This document shows, piece after piece, positions 1 to 16,127 of a DNA stretch of 64,000 nt (positions are counted from its first letter, which is position 1; each line of letters starts with the position of its first letter). The notes under the pieces were generated by a model that did no database searches, was not told where the DNA came from, and was given only the letters and a program-made list of their open reading frames with translations. Origin of the DNA: the human T2T-CHM13v2.0 reference genome, Homo sapiens; NCBI RefSeq assembly GCF_009914755.1, contig NC_060932.1; one strand, given 5' to 3'. A program made the position numbers and the translations under genes.

Positions 1-435
1 CACCACTGACAGATGAGTGGATAAACAAAATGTGATCTATACATGCAGTGGAATATTATTCAGCCATAAAAAAGAATGAAATTCTGTTACATGCTGCAAC
101 ATGGCTGAACCCTGAAAATATTATAAGTAAAAAAAAAAAAAAAAAAAAAAACCAGAAAAGGACAAATATTGGATGATTCCACTTACATAAAGCACCTGGA
201 GTAGTCAAATGAATAGAGACAGAAAGTCAATTCGAGGTTACCAGGGGCTGGGGCAGGGGAACATGGGGAGCTATTGTTAAATGGGTACAGTTTCTGTGTG
301 GGATGATGAACAAGTTCTGAAAATACTGGTGATAGTTACACAACTTTGTGAATGTACTTTATGCCACTGAACCGTACACTCAAAACTGGTTGAAAACGTA
401 AATTTCATGTTATATATATTTTACCATAATTTTTT
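1..435 (+). mobile_element. LINE-1 L1MB-type 3' end, truncated by window edge
   Basis: Typical L1M 3' motifs: gatgagtggataaacaaaatgtg, tattattcagccataaaaaagaatgaa, atgtactttatgccactgaac, ttatatatattttaccataat. Confidence 0.85.
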
Positions 436-1266
436 TTTTAAAGCAACACCACAAATTAGAAGAGTCAGAGCTAATGGCTTCACCTTTGGATACCTCAACC
501 TTCCCAATCTACAGAATAGGAGAAAAATACCGTACCACCTCCGGGATCCTGAAACTTCAGGCTGCATCATGAGTATCTGAGACCTCAAATGCTAAATCCT
601 CAAATGTAAAGGGTCTACACGACAGCATGCATCACGCCCTACACACCTGCCAGGTGGAAGCTTTTCTAAGCTAGATGGTCGCACAGAAAGCAGCCATGTG
701 TACATATGAACAAGTTTCCTAAGTTTGCAAGTTCTTTGTTAAAATCTTCAATGAAATTCTCACTCTATTAACTTAACTATCATAAAAGAGACATTATATC
801 ATAGAAGAGTAAAATTATCATAGTAACCACAGCAAGTATGCTGACAAAGATGTTTTCGATGTAGCTGTTTAGAATAAATTACTAGGACAAACATCTGGAC
901 CCATGGCCACCAGGCACTGGGCAAACAGAGCTCAGGTACAGTCTCCTGGTGAGGCAGCCTGGCCAACCTGGGTTACCCCAGTGGGCGCCTAAAAATAAAA
1001 GTGACAAGACACACAGCCCGATACTGAGTCGCATGACTACGCAGGCATTTCAGAGTGAAGTCAAGGTGCTTAGGTTCCTACTGGGCCGCCAAGCCATTCA
1101 GCACCAGCGCCGGTCCCATCTGCAGGCAAAGAATGACACAACTACCTCTTCATGGAATATTCCCAGTCAAAGCCCACTTAATAACGAGGTCCTTCTGCAG
1201 GGTTAAACAAACCTCAGTTAGAATGCAGCATGGTGCTGAGTGGTCTTTCAAACTTGCTTGTATTTA

Positions 1267-1865
<599 letters not shown>

Positions 1866-2310
1866 TCAGATACAAGGCTTACATAAAGAAAGCATTCAAT
1901 AAATGTTGACTGTAAATTAGATTTTCCTTGCTATTAAACATTACTCATAGGTGACGATGAGTGATATTTAATCACTATTAACAACTGTTTTCCTATCTAA
2001 ATACAAATTTAAGGAAATATATGCGTAATACTCCCTGGGCTCTCTCCTCTTTTAAGACCTAATTGTAATTGCGCTTTCGGAGAGCAATTTCAACAGCTGT
2101 AAGACTTGATTTCATGATATCTTACTTAAAATGGAAAACCTGGGTGTGGGCTTAGTCCACAACAACCCCCTTTCTCTGAACACAGCCCCTCCTACTCACT
2201 GAGGTGGGTTCCACTAAATGAACTAGTGAATTAGCCCTCGTGCAGACACTTAAGTCTAACAGTATGCAATTTTCCCACCCCCAGCATTTGGATTTGAAAC
2301 AGGTGGCTAT

Positions 2311-2623
2311 GGCCGGGCACTGTGGCTCATGCTTGTAACCCCAGCACTTTGGGAGGTCAAGGTGGTTGGATCACCTGAGGTCATGAGTTCGAGACCAGCC
2401 TGGCCAACGTGGCAAAACTCCATCTCTACTAAAAGTACAAAAAAAATTAGCCAGACATGGTGGCGCACACCGGTAATCCCAGCTACTTGGAGGCTGAGGC
2501 AAGAGAATCGCTTGAACCCAGGAGGCAGAGGCTGCAGTGAGTTGAGATCACACCACTGTACTCCAGCTTGGGTGACAGAGGGAGACACTGTCTCAAAAAA
2601 AGAAAAAGAAAAAAAAAAAAAAA
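2311..2623 (+). mobile_element. Alu (S-type)
   Basis: ggccgggcac start, mid A-rich linker, A tail. Confidence 0.97.
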
Positions 2624-3254
2624 GATGTCAGGCACAGTGTGTCCCTGGAACTAAATAACATAAATCCAGGCGCTGTGCATCAGCCACCTTCTCCACACAC
2701 CCAGAAGCAGAGAAAGCAAATCTCTACAGAGACGTGGATGGGACCAACATACCAAGGGGAGCAGAAATGAAAAACAGTGAAGGTTAGATTGCCTCACTGA
2801 CTTGGTTCCTGAGAACCTGCCAGACACTAAGTTCTTAGAAGGACTCCATATCCTTATCACACCCATCCAGTTTTTGTCCCTATTTGCTTGAATTTTTATG
2901 ACTTTCCATTAAGAGTCTCAAGAAAACTATCGTCAGAAATTTATTATAGGAAATATTTCAGCAGATTTTCAGTATATTTTCCACATCTGTGAAGACTTAG
3001 AAATGATGAAAATGTTGACAAGAAGGAATTAGAAAACCACAGTACAGTGATTCAATAAAATGCAACTATTTATAAATTATGCAGTTTACAAAACTAGGAA
3101 AAATATTTTTGTGTTTTATGATTCCTGCTATGTAAAATATGTAGAAAAAGCAACACAGGAAAACAAAAACAGATGTGGGTGGGGGTATGGAGCTGTGGGT
3201 CACTGATGCCATTTTATTATCTTGCCTGTGTTATTAAACCAGGAAGAAAAATCT

Positions 3255-3990
<736 letters not shown>

Positions 3991-4065
3991 GAAGACACTG
4001 AGCTCAGACACCAAACCAAAGCTACTGAGGCACCTGTAAGGTGTCTGTTTTATAATATTGGATGA

Positions 4066-4310
4066 CATTCATCATTCATCAAATGTACTGAGTGCCCATC
4101 TAATGCCAAATGCTCTGCTATGAGCTAGTACAGAGTGAACAAAATAGACAAAAAAATAGACACAACTATACAAACAAACTACAGGTCACATAGGAAAGCA
4201 TGGATGCTCTGATTGCTATTACGGGATTAGGGGTCAAGGAAGGCCTCTCTGAACAAGTCACACAAGCTTAGACCCCAGGAATAAGTAGTAGGTAAGGAGG
4301 CAGAGACTGG
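4066..4310 (-). mobile_element. L2 3' fragment
   Basis: cattcatcattcatcaaatgtactgagtgccc is the reverse complement of the L2 tail; gtcaaggaaggcctctctga. Confidence 0.65.
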
Positions 4311-5117
4311 AAAGGTTTCTAAATGTGTCATTACAGCAGTAGTTAACAGCAACTCAACTGTTTCAACATGTGACGGGTGGTTACAGTTTACTATTTTGCT
4401 GTGATAAGGATTATGGCCTCCTACATAAGAAGCCCTAGTAAATGAAGGTTTTAAAACAGCCTAAAGACAGTGACCAGGAGACGTAATGATGTGTTTTGGA
4501 TTTCAGGGACCATCAAGGAGTACGTTCCTCCAATCCTTGTCAATATTTCAAAAATGATCAACACATGTATGTATTTCCCTGAAATGAGGTTGCCTATGGG
4601 TAAACTAAAACCCATGTTCTGGTGTTTAAAAGATTTGTTGTATTTGTTCTTACTTCTGGCTGAATTTGCCATTATTTATTTAACAAGGTTTCCTGAAGCT
4701 TATCAACGTTTCTAAATGATAATGACACTCACTCACTCTCTCTCTCACCAAAAATTGGAAAAAATGGTCCCAGTTTGACAAATCAAAACCTCTTCACAAT
4801 ACGGGAATCAACCTTAAAGAAGGCCCCCTTCACTTGGCTTCAGAGGCCCTACTCTATCTTGGTTTTCCTCCTAAACTCACAGACTTCTCTTTGGCAAATG
4901 CCTCTAAGAGATTCTTCTTTGATCAACATCCAAGTGTTGGAGGGGGGGCGGGGGCAGCCCCTTATTCCTTCTCTTCCTTCACTCACTCTTGTTTCAAATA
5001 CACTCCGATAACAATTCCCACATACTCATCTCTAGCACTGATCTTTCCCCAAAGCTCCAGGTTTGAATTCTCAACTGTCAATGTGACATCTCCACTTACA
5101 TGTTTAACAGGAATCTC

Positions 5118-5578
5118 TGACATGGGTTGGATGTGTGTCCCCTCCAAATCTCATGTTGAAATGTGATCCCCAGTGGTTGAGGTGGGGCCTGGTGGGAGAT
5201 GACTGGGTTATGGGGGTGGATCCCTCATGAATGGCTTGGGGCTGTCCACAAGAGGGAGTCAGTTCTTGCAACATCTGGTTGTTGAAACTGTGTGGCAGCG
5301 GACTCTGGGCACACTTCCTATGGCTTTGCCCTGCTCCACAAGGGACAGCCAAAAAAAAAAGTGTGGTACCTCCCCCGTCCCCTTGCTCTTGCTCTCACCA
5401 TGTGACATGACAGATTCCTGCTGCCTTCTGCCATGATTGGAAGCTGCCTGCGGCCTCATCAGAAGCACATGCCAGCAACATGCTTCCTGCACAACCATGA
5501 GCCAATTAAACCTCTTTTCTTTATACATTACCCAGCCTCGGGTATTTCAATCTAGCAATGCAAGAACAGTCTGATACA
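5118..5578 (+). mobile_element. MSTB-type MaLR solo LTR
   Basis: TG...CA ends, perfect 5-bp TSD atctc (5113-5117, 5579-5583), ggatccctcatgaatggctt and gagccaattaaacctcttttc. Confidence 0.92.
5298..5360 (+). mobile_element. 53-nt retroposed insert with A10 tail, nested in the MSTB LTR; source unassigned
   Basis: Non-MSTB sequence followed by A10 and flanked by gtgtggca (5290-5297) / gtgtggta (5361-5368). Confidence 0.75.
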
Positions 5579-7809
5579 ATCTCAAGCTTCAAGTCTAAAA
5601 GGGAACTCTGGGCTTCCAGACCCCTGCCCATTTCCTTCTTGTCCTAGTGTTCCTGGTTTTCAACAAAAGACACCATGAATATACCTCAAGCCAAAAACCT
5701 AGGAGTCAGCAATAATCTGCCTCTTTCCCTCTCTCCCCAGTAGCAACTCCGACAGGCACTGCCTTCAAAATACATTTCAAAAGCAAGCATTCCTCACCTT
5801 CACTATTATCCCAGGTCCAAGCCACCACTGTCTCTCTCTGGGACTACTAACTGGTCAAATCATGAGCCTCTGCCTCCTTACAATATATTCTCAAAACAGC
5901 AACCAGAGTCATCCTTCTGAATTGTACTCAGTTCCTGCCATTCCTCAGTCCAAGCCTTCTAATGGCCTCCTATCACATCTAATACAAAAAAGGGACCCAG
6001 TGACCTAAGACAATAATTAGCAACAGACTAACCTTTATGCAAAAGGTGACGTGAGGCATCATCGAAGGTAAGGGAGTGCTCACTGCCATGACAAATCAGA
6101 TGACACAGCTTACACTTCATAGTCAATCCTGAGGGGCTGTGGAAGAATCTAGGAAACTCAATGACATTTCACCCCTAAATCAACAGGTGTGCAAACAGAA
6201 TTATCCTCTTATCTAATCAGATCTCCATAAGTACCCTGAAGGCTTCAAGGAATAAGAGTGTGCCTGTTTTTGACCACGGATTATTTACTTGCACAACTTC
6301 TCAAGTGATCTGTTTCCACCTAAAATGGAACAAAGGAGTCTCTAAAAGAAATACTACGTTTCAAATATCTCATAGCCAATCAGCAAACAACTACCATTCT
6401 GAAAAGATTTTGTCTGAATTTCCAATCAAAGTTTCTTCCAGCCCATATGACTTCAACATACAATTTGTACCACATTGTAACCAAAGAGTTATTAGTAAGA
6501 ATGTTAAATAATCCTCCCCTAAATTTCAACTTAAAATGTGTAGTCTTTGTTTAAATGGCCTGTTGTCTGCAAGTTTTGAAACAAGGCTTCACTTTGTGTT
6601 CAAAGGCAGTATAAGGAAACAAGACATGTTACTGTTTCGATTCCTCTGAATGACAGTGATTAATATTAAACACAAGAGTTTCTTACAAATTAGAATTATC
6701 CAGAAACATATCCCAGTAAGCCTAGCCTCATAAAATGACTAACTTCAATATTTACTTTCATTTCTAAAATTTTTTAAATCAACCACTAAGACTTTAACCT
6801 CCCCCTACACACGCCAAGAAGAAATGCTGGCTCTCCCCTGCACTGGCCACACCTGTCTTTAGACAGCACCCCTTTCCTGCTCGACGGCCTCCTGCCCCCA
6901 TCATGTGATCAACCTCTGGCATCAGGAAGGCAGTGGTGGCTCTGTGCCATGAGGTCCCTCTTTGTAGGCTGTGGCTATTTTTGGGCTGGCAGCCCCTCTG
7001 ATTCCTGACTTGGCCCTAGATAATCATGAGGCCGCCTTTAGAGAGAAACCCTTCAGAAGCCAGGCAGGTCCCTGTGGGATTAGCAACACTCCACTGCTAA
7101 CACAGCAAGTCTCAGGTCCTAAGTGCTATAAAGGCCCTCCAAGGACAGCGCCCTCTAACCTGATGGCCCTCGGTTGGCCAGACCCAAGCCTGGGCTCCCA
7201 TTTCAAATGGGCAAGTCCGTGGTTTTATGGGGCTAACAAATCAAAGCTGACACAGATATACTACTCATACATGGATTTTAGCCAGGAAATTTCAAACAAC
7301 TCAATGATGGGATTTTTTTCCCCCCTTAAATGTCATGTCCATTCATAACAGTGAGATTTCAGATGTGTGTAACAGCTTTGGGAAAAGGTATTGATAAAAA
7401 TATTCAAAGAAAATGTTAGTCACTTTTCAAAAAAAGCACAGCATACCAAGATGATGTAGTAAGTTAAATATTCCCTTGTGCTATTTATAGACATAACCAT
7501 ATACTGTATCATTTCTAATTGGAAAAGGTCTACCAGAGATACTATACACCTGATCCTAAAACTATACATTATCTTCTGCTACGCCTCTAGGAAACAAGAC
7601 TATAATAACTTGAATTTTAAGAACTACAAATTCAAGATAAATATTTGATTGGTTTTTCCATCTCACTATTAAAATGAAGCATAAGACCCTCAAATTAGGT
7701 TTAAATGTTTTAACAGTGAAGTTTTATGGGAGAGTACATCCAAAAATACAGAGAAAATACATTTATGTATTTCATATCACACCTTTCCTCCAAGGCCATC
7801 ATGACATCA

Positions 7810-8263
<454 letters not shown>

Positions 8264-9455
8264 TTAAGAACGCAATGAGGATAACATGTTGGCCCTTGTA
8301 TTTGAGAAGGCAACCTGGCTTGACTCTGAGCTACAGCTCCAAGAAATAAAGACGATTTGCTCACTGGTCCTAGCTCTGACAATAAGCACCTGCCCAGTGA
8401 AGTCTCTGGCTGTGAAGGTGAGTGAGGTGTTCTCTCCATTCCATCCATTCTGGAGTTGGAATTTTCCAAACACTGCTAAAGGTGGGGGTGTGCCAGGAAA
8501 ACAAAGGAACACAACATGGACCAGCCAAGTTCCCTCTCTTGCCCTCATAAGCAGAATAAAGTCTCAGCACTCCAGGACTGGCCGCTATTTGCCTTTCTTA
8601 GATGGGAGTGTAGGAAGAGGGAGCATACCAGGCCTTAGAATCTGTCCTCACTAGACATGGAGGAGGAGATGATGTAATTTTTTTTTTAAATAAAAAGATA
8701 TGCAATGCGCATGCTGTTGTGCTATGAGAAGAATGTGGAAATTCACAAGTTGGGCATTGTTTAGCTTTGTATCCCTGTGGCTACTGTGTTCAACTCAGCC
8801 TGAGGCTCCATGAAGACGGTCCTTGAGTCTGACTTCCAAGGGCCTGACAGCCTATTGGTGACAGCCTTTACAATCACTGGTATCTGAAGCTCAAGCAAGA
8901 CAGACACCAACTAAGTACCCCCAGCAGTAATTTCTCAAAAAACAATTCAGTAACATGCAGACTCCATCCTTAACGGCAATCTGAGGCTCTGCTGTGGTCA
9001 ACAAATACCACTGACAGTGGCCCGGACCACCACTCCAATTCCCAAAGACCTATGGGCCCCGATGACATGAAGGTCACTCAGAGCTTAAAGGCAGAGATGA
9101 ATGCAATGAAGATTTCCACTGAAAGATGGCAGAGAAATGTTCTACCCACACTCACCCAATTGAGATTTGTGGAATTCAACAGCCCCCAAACGTTTTAAAA
9201 GCAAATAATTCAGTATCCATTCATGCCTTTCTCCAAATGATTTCAACTCTTCATAAAGTATTTAATCATAAGTTAAATAAAATAACATCTCTCCTTTTGA
9301 TACTAACTTCCTATAGCTTAGCCGTTATAGGCAAAATGGCAGTGTGGTTTAAATGAATCCACGTTTACAGTTGAGAATACTCCTACTCCCTGCTGTTACA
9401 TCAGTGTAAGATGTTTTAGTTGGCAATCTAAACCCTGCTAATTTTCTTACAACTG

Positions 9456-9748
9456 TTTTTTTTTTTTTTTTTTGAGATGGAATTTCACTCTTGTTGCCCA
9501 GGCTAGAGTGCAATGTCGCCATCTCGACTCACTGCAACCTCCACCTCCCACATTGAAGTGATTCTCCAGCCTCAGCCTCTCAGGTGGCTGGGATTACAGG
9601 TGCACACCACCATGCCCAGCTAATTCTGTATTTTTAGTGGAGATGAAGTATCACCATATTGGCCAGGCTGGTTTTGAACTCCTGATCTCAGGTGATCTGC
9701 CTGCCTCGGCCTCCCAAAGTATTGGGATTACAGGCATGAGCCACCATA
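9456..9748 (-). mobile_element. Alu (S-type)
   Basis: poly(T) followed by reverse-complement Alu. Confidence 0.96.
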
Positions 9749-9950
9749 TTAAGAGACTTTCAAGAATGAAATGATCCCTGTGTAATTTTTACAATTGAGT
9801 TCCAACTGGCTACAAAGAGAGGAATGTATACAATAGCATGCAGAACAGTCTCCGAGAAGTTCCGTGGCTACAGAATGGGGGCATTTCTCACACCATTCTG
9901 TCAGCTTCCTTATCCCTGTTACAGAGTGACCTTTTTATAACAAGAAGAAC

Positions 9951-10246
<296 letters not shown>

Positions 10247-10261
10247 TATAACAAGAACTTT

Positions 10262-10545
10262 TATTCATGCAACAAACATTCCTAGGTCCTCTATCACATG
10301 CCAGCTTCTTTGCTAGGTGATGGGGACACAATGCTGAACAAGATGGTCCCAGCCTTCAAAGAGCCTCCAGTTCAGCCAGGAAGACAAAAATGTACAAGTA
10401 AATAATTACAAAAACTGCAAAGGTAGAAGCGACTGGAGGCTAAAGGGACCCAGAGAATAGGCTCCACTATTACAGATATGGAGAAAACAGTGAAATGTCA
10501 CTTCCAGAAGAAGATAAAGCTTGAGCTGAGACTAAGGCATAGGCA
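10262..10545 (-). mobile_element. L2 3' fragment
   Basis: ttattcatgcaacaaacatt, gctaggtgatggggacaca, ggtcccagccttcaaagagc, ttgagctgagac. Confidence 0.7.
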
Positions 10546-11014
10546 GGTGAGTGCTTCTCAGCCTTTCAGATTTTATGGACCTGTGACATCCACACTCCAA
10601 AACTCTGCAGAGACAGCATGGGGATGTCAGCTTTAATTTTGCCAAGAGGGGCACTTCAGACAAAATTTGTACGACTGCCAACACATCATAAAAGGACATT
10701 ATTTTAAAACAAAAAGTGAAAGGGGTACAAAACTGCAGCATAAAGAACATTCCTTTAGTTTACGTAATATACATTTAGCCTTATGAAAATCTTGGTACAC
10801 TGTATTTTTATTCCATCTCACCGTGTTCAAGTCAACATTCTGTCACCAGGTACCCCAGGGTCACAGATGCACATTTGGAACCTCTGATCTAGATGAGAAA
10901 GGCAGATCTGGAGGGCAGTTTCTCACCTCTGCAAAGATCAAAGCAACAGACCAGGAGATAAAGAAATACACCAAGGGAAGTACTGAGAGGGCCGATGGAT
11001 CAGCAAAGGCCTAA

Positions 11015-11312
11015 GGCCAGGTACCGTGGGTCATGCCTGTAATCACGGCACTTTGGGAGGCCAAAACAAGAGAATCTATTGAACCCAGTTCAAGACCAGC
11101 CCGGGCGACACAGTGAGACTCTGTCCCTAAAAAATTTAAAAATTAGCCAGCCATGGTGGCACATGCCCATAGTCCCAGCTACTCAGGAGGCTGACACCAG
11201 AGGATCACTTCAGCCCAGAAGTTAGAGGCTGCCGTGAGCCAAGACTGTGCCAAAGCACTCCAGCCTGGGTGACAGAGCGAGACCCCATCTCTGGAAAAAA
11301 CAAACAAAAAAA
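11015..11312 (+). mobile_element. Alu (J-type, diverged)
   Basis: Dimer with ggatcacttcagccc and gaggctgccgtgagc. Confidence 0.92.
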
Positions 11313-11506
11313 AGCAGCTTAGAACACATCAAGGAAGGTCAGTGTATTCTGACCCTTCTTGCAATGGAAGCCACATCACCAACACACGCACGATCCTAGG
11401 ACAGAGGCACCCAAAGACCAAGCCCGATGAGTTACTTCCGTAGAGACCAGAGAGGTCTGGAAGGCAGTGCCTGGCACCAGACAGTCCTCACCTGCTGCCA
11501 TGATGC

Positions 11507-11576
11507 TAAAAGCTCCTCCAGGACCCAGGCACCATCTCAGATAAAAGCTCTTCAAGGACCCAGGCACCATCTCAGA
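11507..11576. repeat. 35-bp tandem duplication (2 copies, 2 mismatches)
   Basis: taaaagctcctccaggacccaggcaccatctcaga / taaaagctcttcaaggacccaggcaccatctcaga. Confidence 0.95.
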
Positions 11577-12987
11577 AGTGGGTGAGCCGCTGAGGAAGGA
11601 GGAAATCCATCCTTCAGAGGAGAGAAGAGCCTCAGATAGGAAGCGTGAACTGACCACACTTAAAATCCTCAAGGAGATATTTATCTGCAAGCGACTCTTT
11701 GAAACCAAAAAACACTGAGTTTGAGGTTGCCACATTATATGTTCTCTACAAGTGAGGTGAAATGAGGATGTGTGAGGCAGTTGGGTTATAAAGAAATAAA
11801 GTTCCATTTGGGGTCACAATGTGAATGTGTAAGTGTCCCACCTGCTTCCGTAGTTGAGAGACTGGCTGGGGCTGGAAGAAATGGATCCACCCGAGCGGTA
11901 TGAAGGAGCTGGGTTTCATATGTGATATTAAGAGTTAAGGTGCTACGTTAACAACCAACATTTAACACTGCAGGGGTAGCGCTTTATCACAAGAGACTTT
12001 CGCTCAGGCCACAGTACATCAGTTCTTCGGATCCCTTATGAACTCTTCCACCTCAAACCAGCATATACTGTTTTGTATCACAGCTATACATTTCAGAAAG
12101 AAAATAAAAGTTGAATTTTTAAAAAAGACTCTTTCCTAGTACACTTGACAAGCATTGTGGAGTGAGGCTGACCTCATTGCTGAAAAGCGATCGGAAGCTT
12201 CAGGACATCATAAGGGCTGGTGAGAGAAAGCGCTGTGTAAACACAGTGTTTGGCAAATCCAAGGACTGCCAAGGAGGGGCCACCGCTCCCTGACACCCTG
12301 TCAATTCCACTGCTCCACGCCAGGCCAGCACAGTTTGTGAGGCCAGGATGAGGAACAGGCCACAGCCTCCAGCATGGGTAAAGATAACGACATCAGTGCA
12401 CAGCTCTTCAAAGTCCACAGTGTTCCCACAGTCATCCTCCCAGTAGACAGTCCCATGTGACAGACAGGTCACATGACAGTCACATTCCCCCATCCCTCCT
12501 CCTCTGAGATGCTAAACCTGATGTTTCCAGAAGTTGAGTACCTTGCTCAAAACACAGAGTTAATAAATAGCAGCAATGGACATTAAACTCTACTCCAATG
12601 TGTAATCTTGATCTATTTCCACCTTCCTTCTCACAATAACGAAATCACCTAAACACCTGGTAGGTCTGCACAGCTATGGACCTTATAGCCACCTGATATG
12701 AGAAGCATACGTTTATCAAGGAGCTCCTAAACTGACTCAGGAACTGGGTTACCTGTTACAAGCCAAAAATATTCTTCGCCTCATTTTCCTCATGGACAAA
12801 AACTGATTCAACAATCCATCTCATAGGGTCGTTTTAGAGTTAAATAAAATTTTTGGAAACTTTCTAATACACAATTGTACATTGCTACTGTTATGCCAAC
12901 AACCTTGTAAAACAAGCCTTATTATCATCCTCACTTTTCTGATGACCAAAGCTCAATAGTTTATTCATCCAGTCACGAAGACTTTCT

Positions 12988-13280
<293 letters not shown>

Positions 13281-13284
13281 GACA

Positions 13285-13420
13285 TTCTAAGGTGATGGAC
13301 ACATTCTGTATCTTGATTGGTGTGATCGTTACACCAATATGTATTTGTCAAAACTCATATAATTGCACACTTAAGCCAGGTGCACTGCATTTCATCACAC
13401 TTAATGTTATCTCAAAAATT
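13285..13420 (+). mobile_element. L1ME-type 3' fragment
   Basis: ggtgatggacacattctgtatcttgattg and tttgtcaaaactcat. Confidence 0.65.
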
Positions 13421-14184
13421 GTTTCAAAGATCATGTGGTAGTGAACAGCAGTGTGTATTCTGAGACATATTCATGAATTCTTATTGGAATCTACAGATTT
13501 TTTCCGCATTCTTTTTCTGTAATCTGCTTGCCAACTAATCCTTCCTACCCAACAGAAACCCTTAAATGTTGACGATAGCTACTAGTTACCGTTTCTGTCT
13601 CTTTACTCAGAATTTCATGTTTTACTGTTACATCCTGAACATATTCATCTAGAACCTTCCACTGAAGTAGGTCTCTGTCCACAACCCAGTAGGGTACGAC
13701 AGCCACAGACTAAACCACCACCTTGAAAAGCAGGCTAGGAAGGATCATGTGCCAGCTGCCTGCAGTCCTAACTCAGCCGACTTCTGAGAATCTCAACTAT
13801 ATTTCTCAATCTAAGTCAACATTCCTTCAACAGTTTATTGAACAAAAATAAAAAGCACAATTCTAAATACTCCTCCCAGAGGAAGGAACAAAATAAAGCC
13901 CTTGCTCTCTTAGATATCACATCATATTGTAGATGATTTTCAAAATTCCATCAGAAAGTAACCTTTGTCATGAAAATCAGTAAAAAAGAACAAGAGGCAA
14001 AACAGTAAGTTTCAGGATAGTACTGGGTCCAAAGTATTTACTTTTATACAATGAGCTGTTTGTATAGAAGTAAATAATTAAAAGCACCATCTACCCCCAG
14101 GGCTTATCAAAGGCACTCTCAAAGACTGTACAGTTATGCTAAAGAAATGATTTGATGTACAGACTGTGCATGCTTTTAGTTGTC

Positions 14185-14478
<294 letters not shown>

Positions 14479-15215
14479 ACTTTTAGTTTTTAAATTATAT
14501 GCAGTTAGTTTTTAAAAACTACCTAAAAGGTAGCTCAGACTGTTTGAGGGACGTGGGGGTAGATCGCGTGGGCAGGGCAGAGTTTACAGCTGAAATATAA
14601 AATCTTTACCCCAAAGTGTTAAATGACCATGAACATTTCCTTGTTTAGAAACTTCAGAGTTGTCCTCTCTCTCCAAAGTCCACTTGGTGAAAAGGAAATA
14701 ATTTTCCATTTGAATCACGCCAACACCAAATGGAAAATGTCTTTATGTGTGTGTAGTTACGCAAGTTGGCACCTCACCTTATACCTCCCAACCTTTATTA
14801 AACATCGACTTCCTGCACCCTTTTCTTGAAAATGATTACCTATGTTAGGCTTTCTGCTAGCAAGAGTTCTTTAACAGAAGGTGACTGTATATACACATTT
14901 AACTCACAGCAGCAGCCCAACGATAGCCAACCTCCAACCAGGGCCTATTTATACAGTCCTAACCCTATATATTCCTTAGAAGACAATTTGGAAATAGAGA
15001 ACTGATGACTTTTAGGGCTAAAAATCATGACTGATATTCAGCTGAAACTGTGGTTTTGTGAGGGCATTCGTCTCTTCCCAGTTCTGACACTGGCCTCACC
15101 TCCTACTTCAGTTTCCATCTGGGATTACCTCCATTTCCTCCACTAATTACCTGCCGCTCAGTAGCTTACAATAAGGAAACAGAATTCAAGATTTCTACTT
15201 TTAAAAAAAGTTTCA

Positions 15216-15534
<319 letters not shown>

Positions 15535-15851
15535 CTATCCAGCATATAAGAGCACAGACTGCTAATCTATGAAGTGAGATACAAAAAATCTAATTATTCA
15601 AATGATTGTTTCTATACAGTTCTATTAGGACTTATTGCAAAAAGCAGTCTGAAAGCTATAAAGTCCTATGTAAGTGGAATTCATGATTGTAATGATCTCT
15701 AACTGTCAATTTTTCACTTGTGCTACTAATCTGAATGGCTTACAACATTTAACATTCGGCTTTATGTTCTGTGATTAGAAAATGTGAAAATAAACCGTAA
15801 TTCTCAGCTATGTCATTTGAAATTTTACATATCATAACTACTGCATGACTT

Positions 15852-16127
15852 GGCCTGGCACAGTGGCTTACTCCTATAATCCCAGCACTTCGGGAGGCCA
15901 AGGCAGGTGGATCACTTGAGGTCAAGAGTTCGAGACCAGCGTGGCCTACATGGTGAAACTCCATCTCTATCAAAAATACAAAAATTAGCCGGGCATGATG
16001 GCAGGCACCTGTAATCCCAGCTACCCAGGAAGCTGAGGCAGGAGAATCGCTTGAATCCGGGAGGTGGAGGTTGCAGTCAGCCGGATCGTACCACTGCACT
16101 CCAACCTGGGTGACAAAGCAAACTATC
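15852..16127 (+). mobile_element. Alu (S-type) lacking an A tail
   Basis: Dimer ends caaactatc, then ggtgggggcgggg. Confidence 0.95.

Larger units (their letters stand above)
5015..5985 (+). mobile_element. L2 fragment interrupted by an MSTB LTR
   Basis: gacatctccactt, caagccaaaaacctaggagtc, gtccaagccaccactgtctct, cagcaaccagagtcatcctt. Confidence 0.7.

Noticed and set aside
11376-11807. 143-aa minus-strand ORF in unique sequence
   Set aside because: No recognisable domain or convincing splice context, and it spans a tandem duplication. Its length is compatible with chance.
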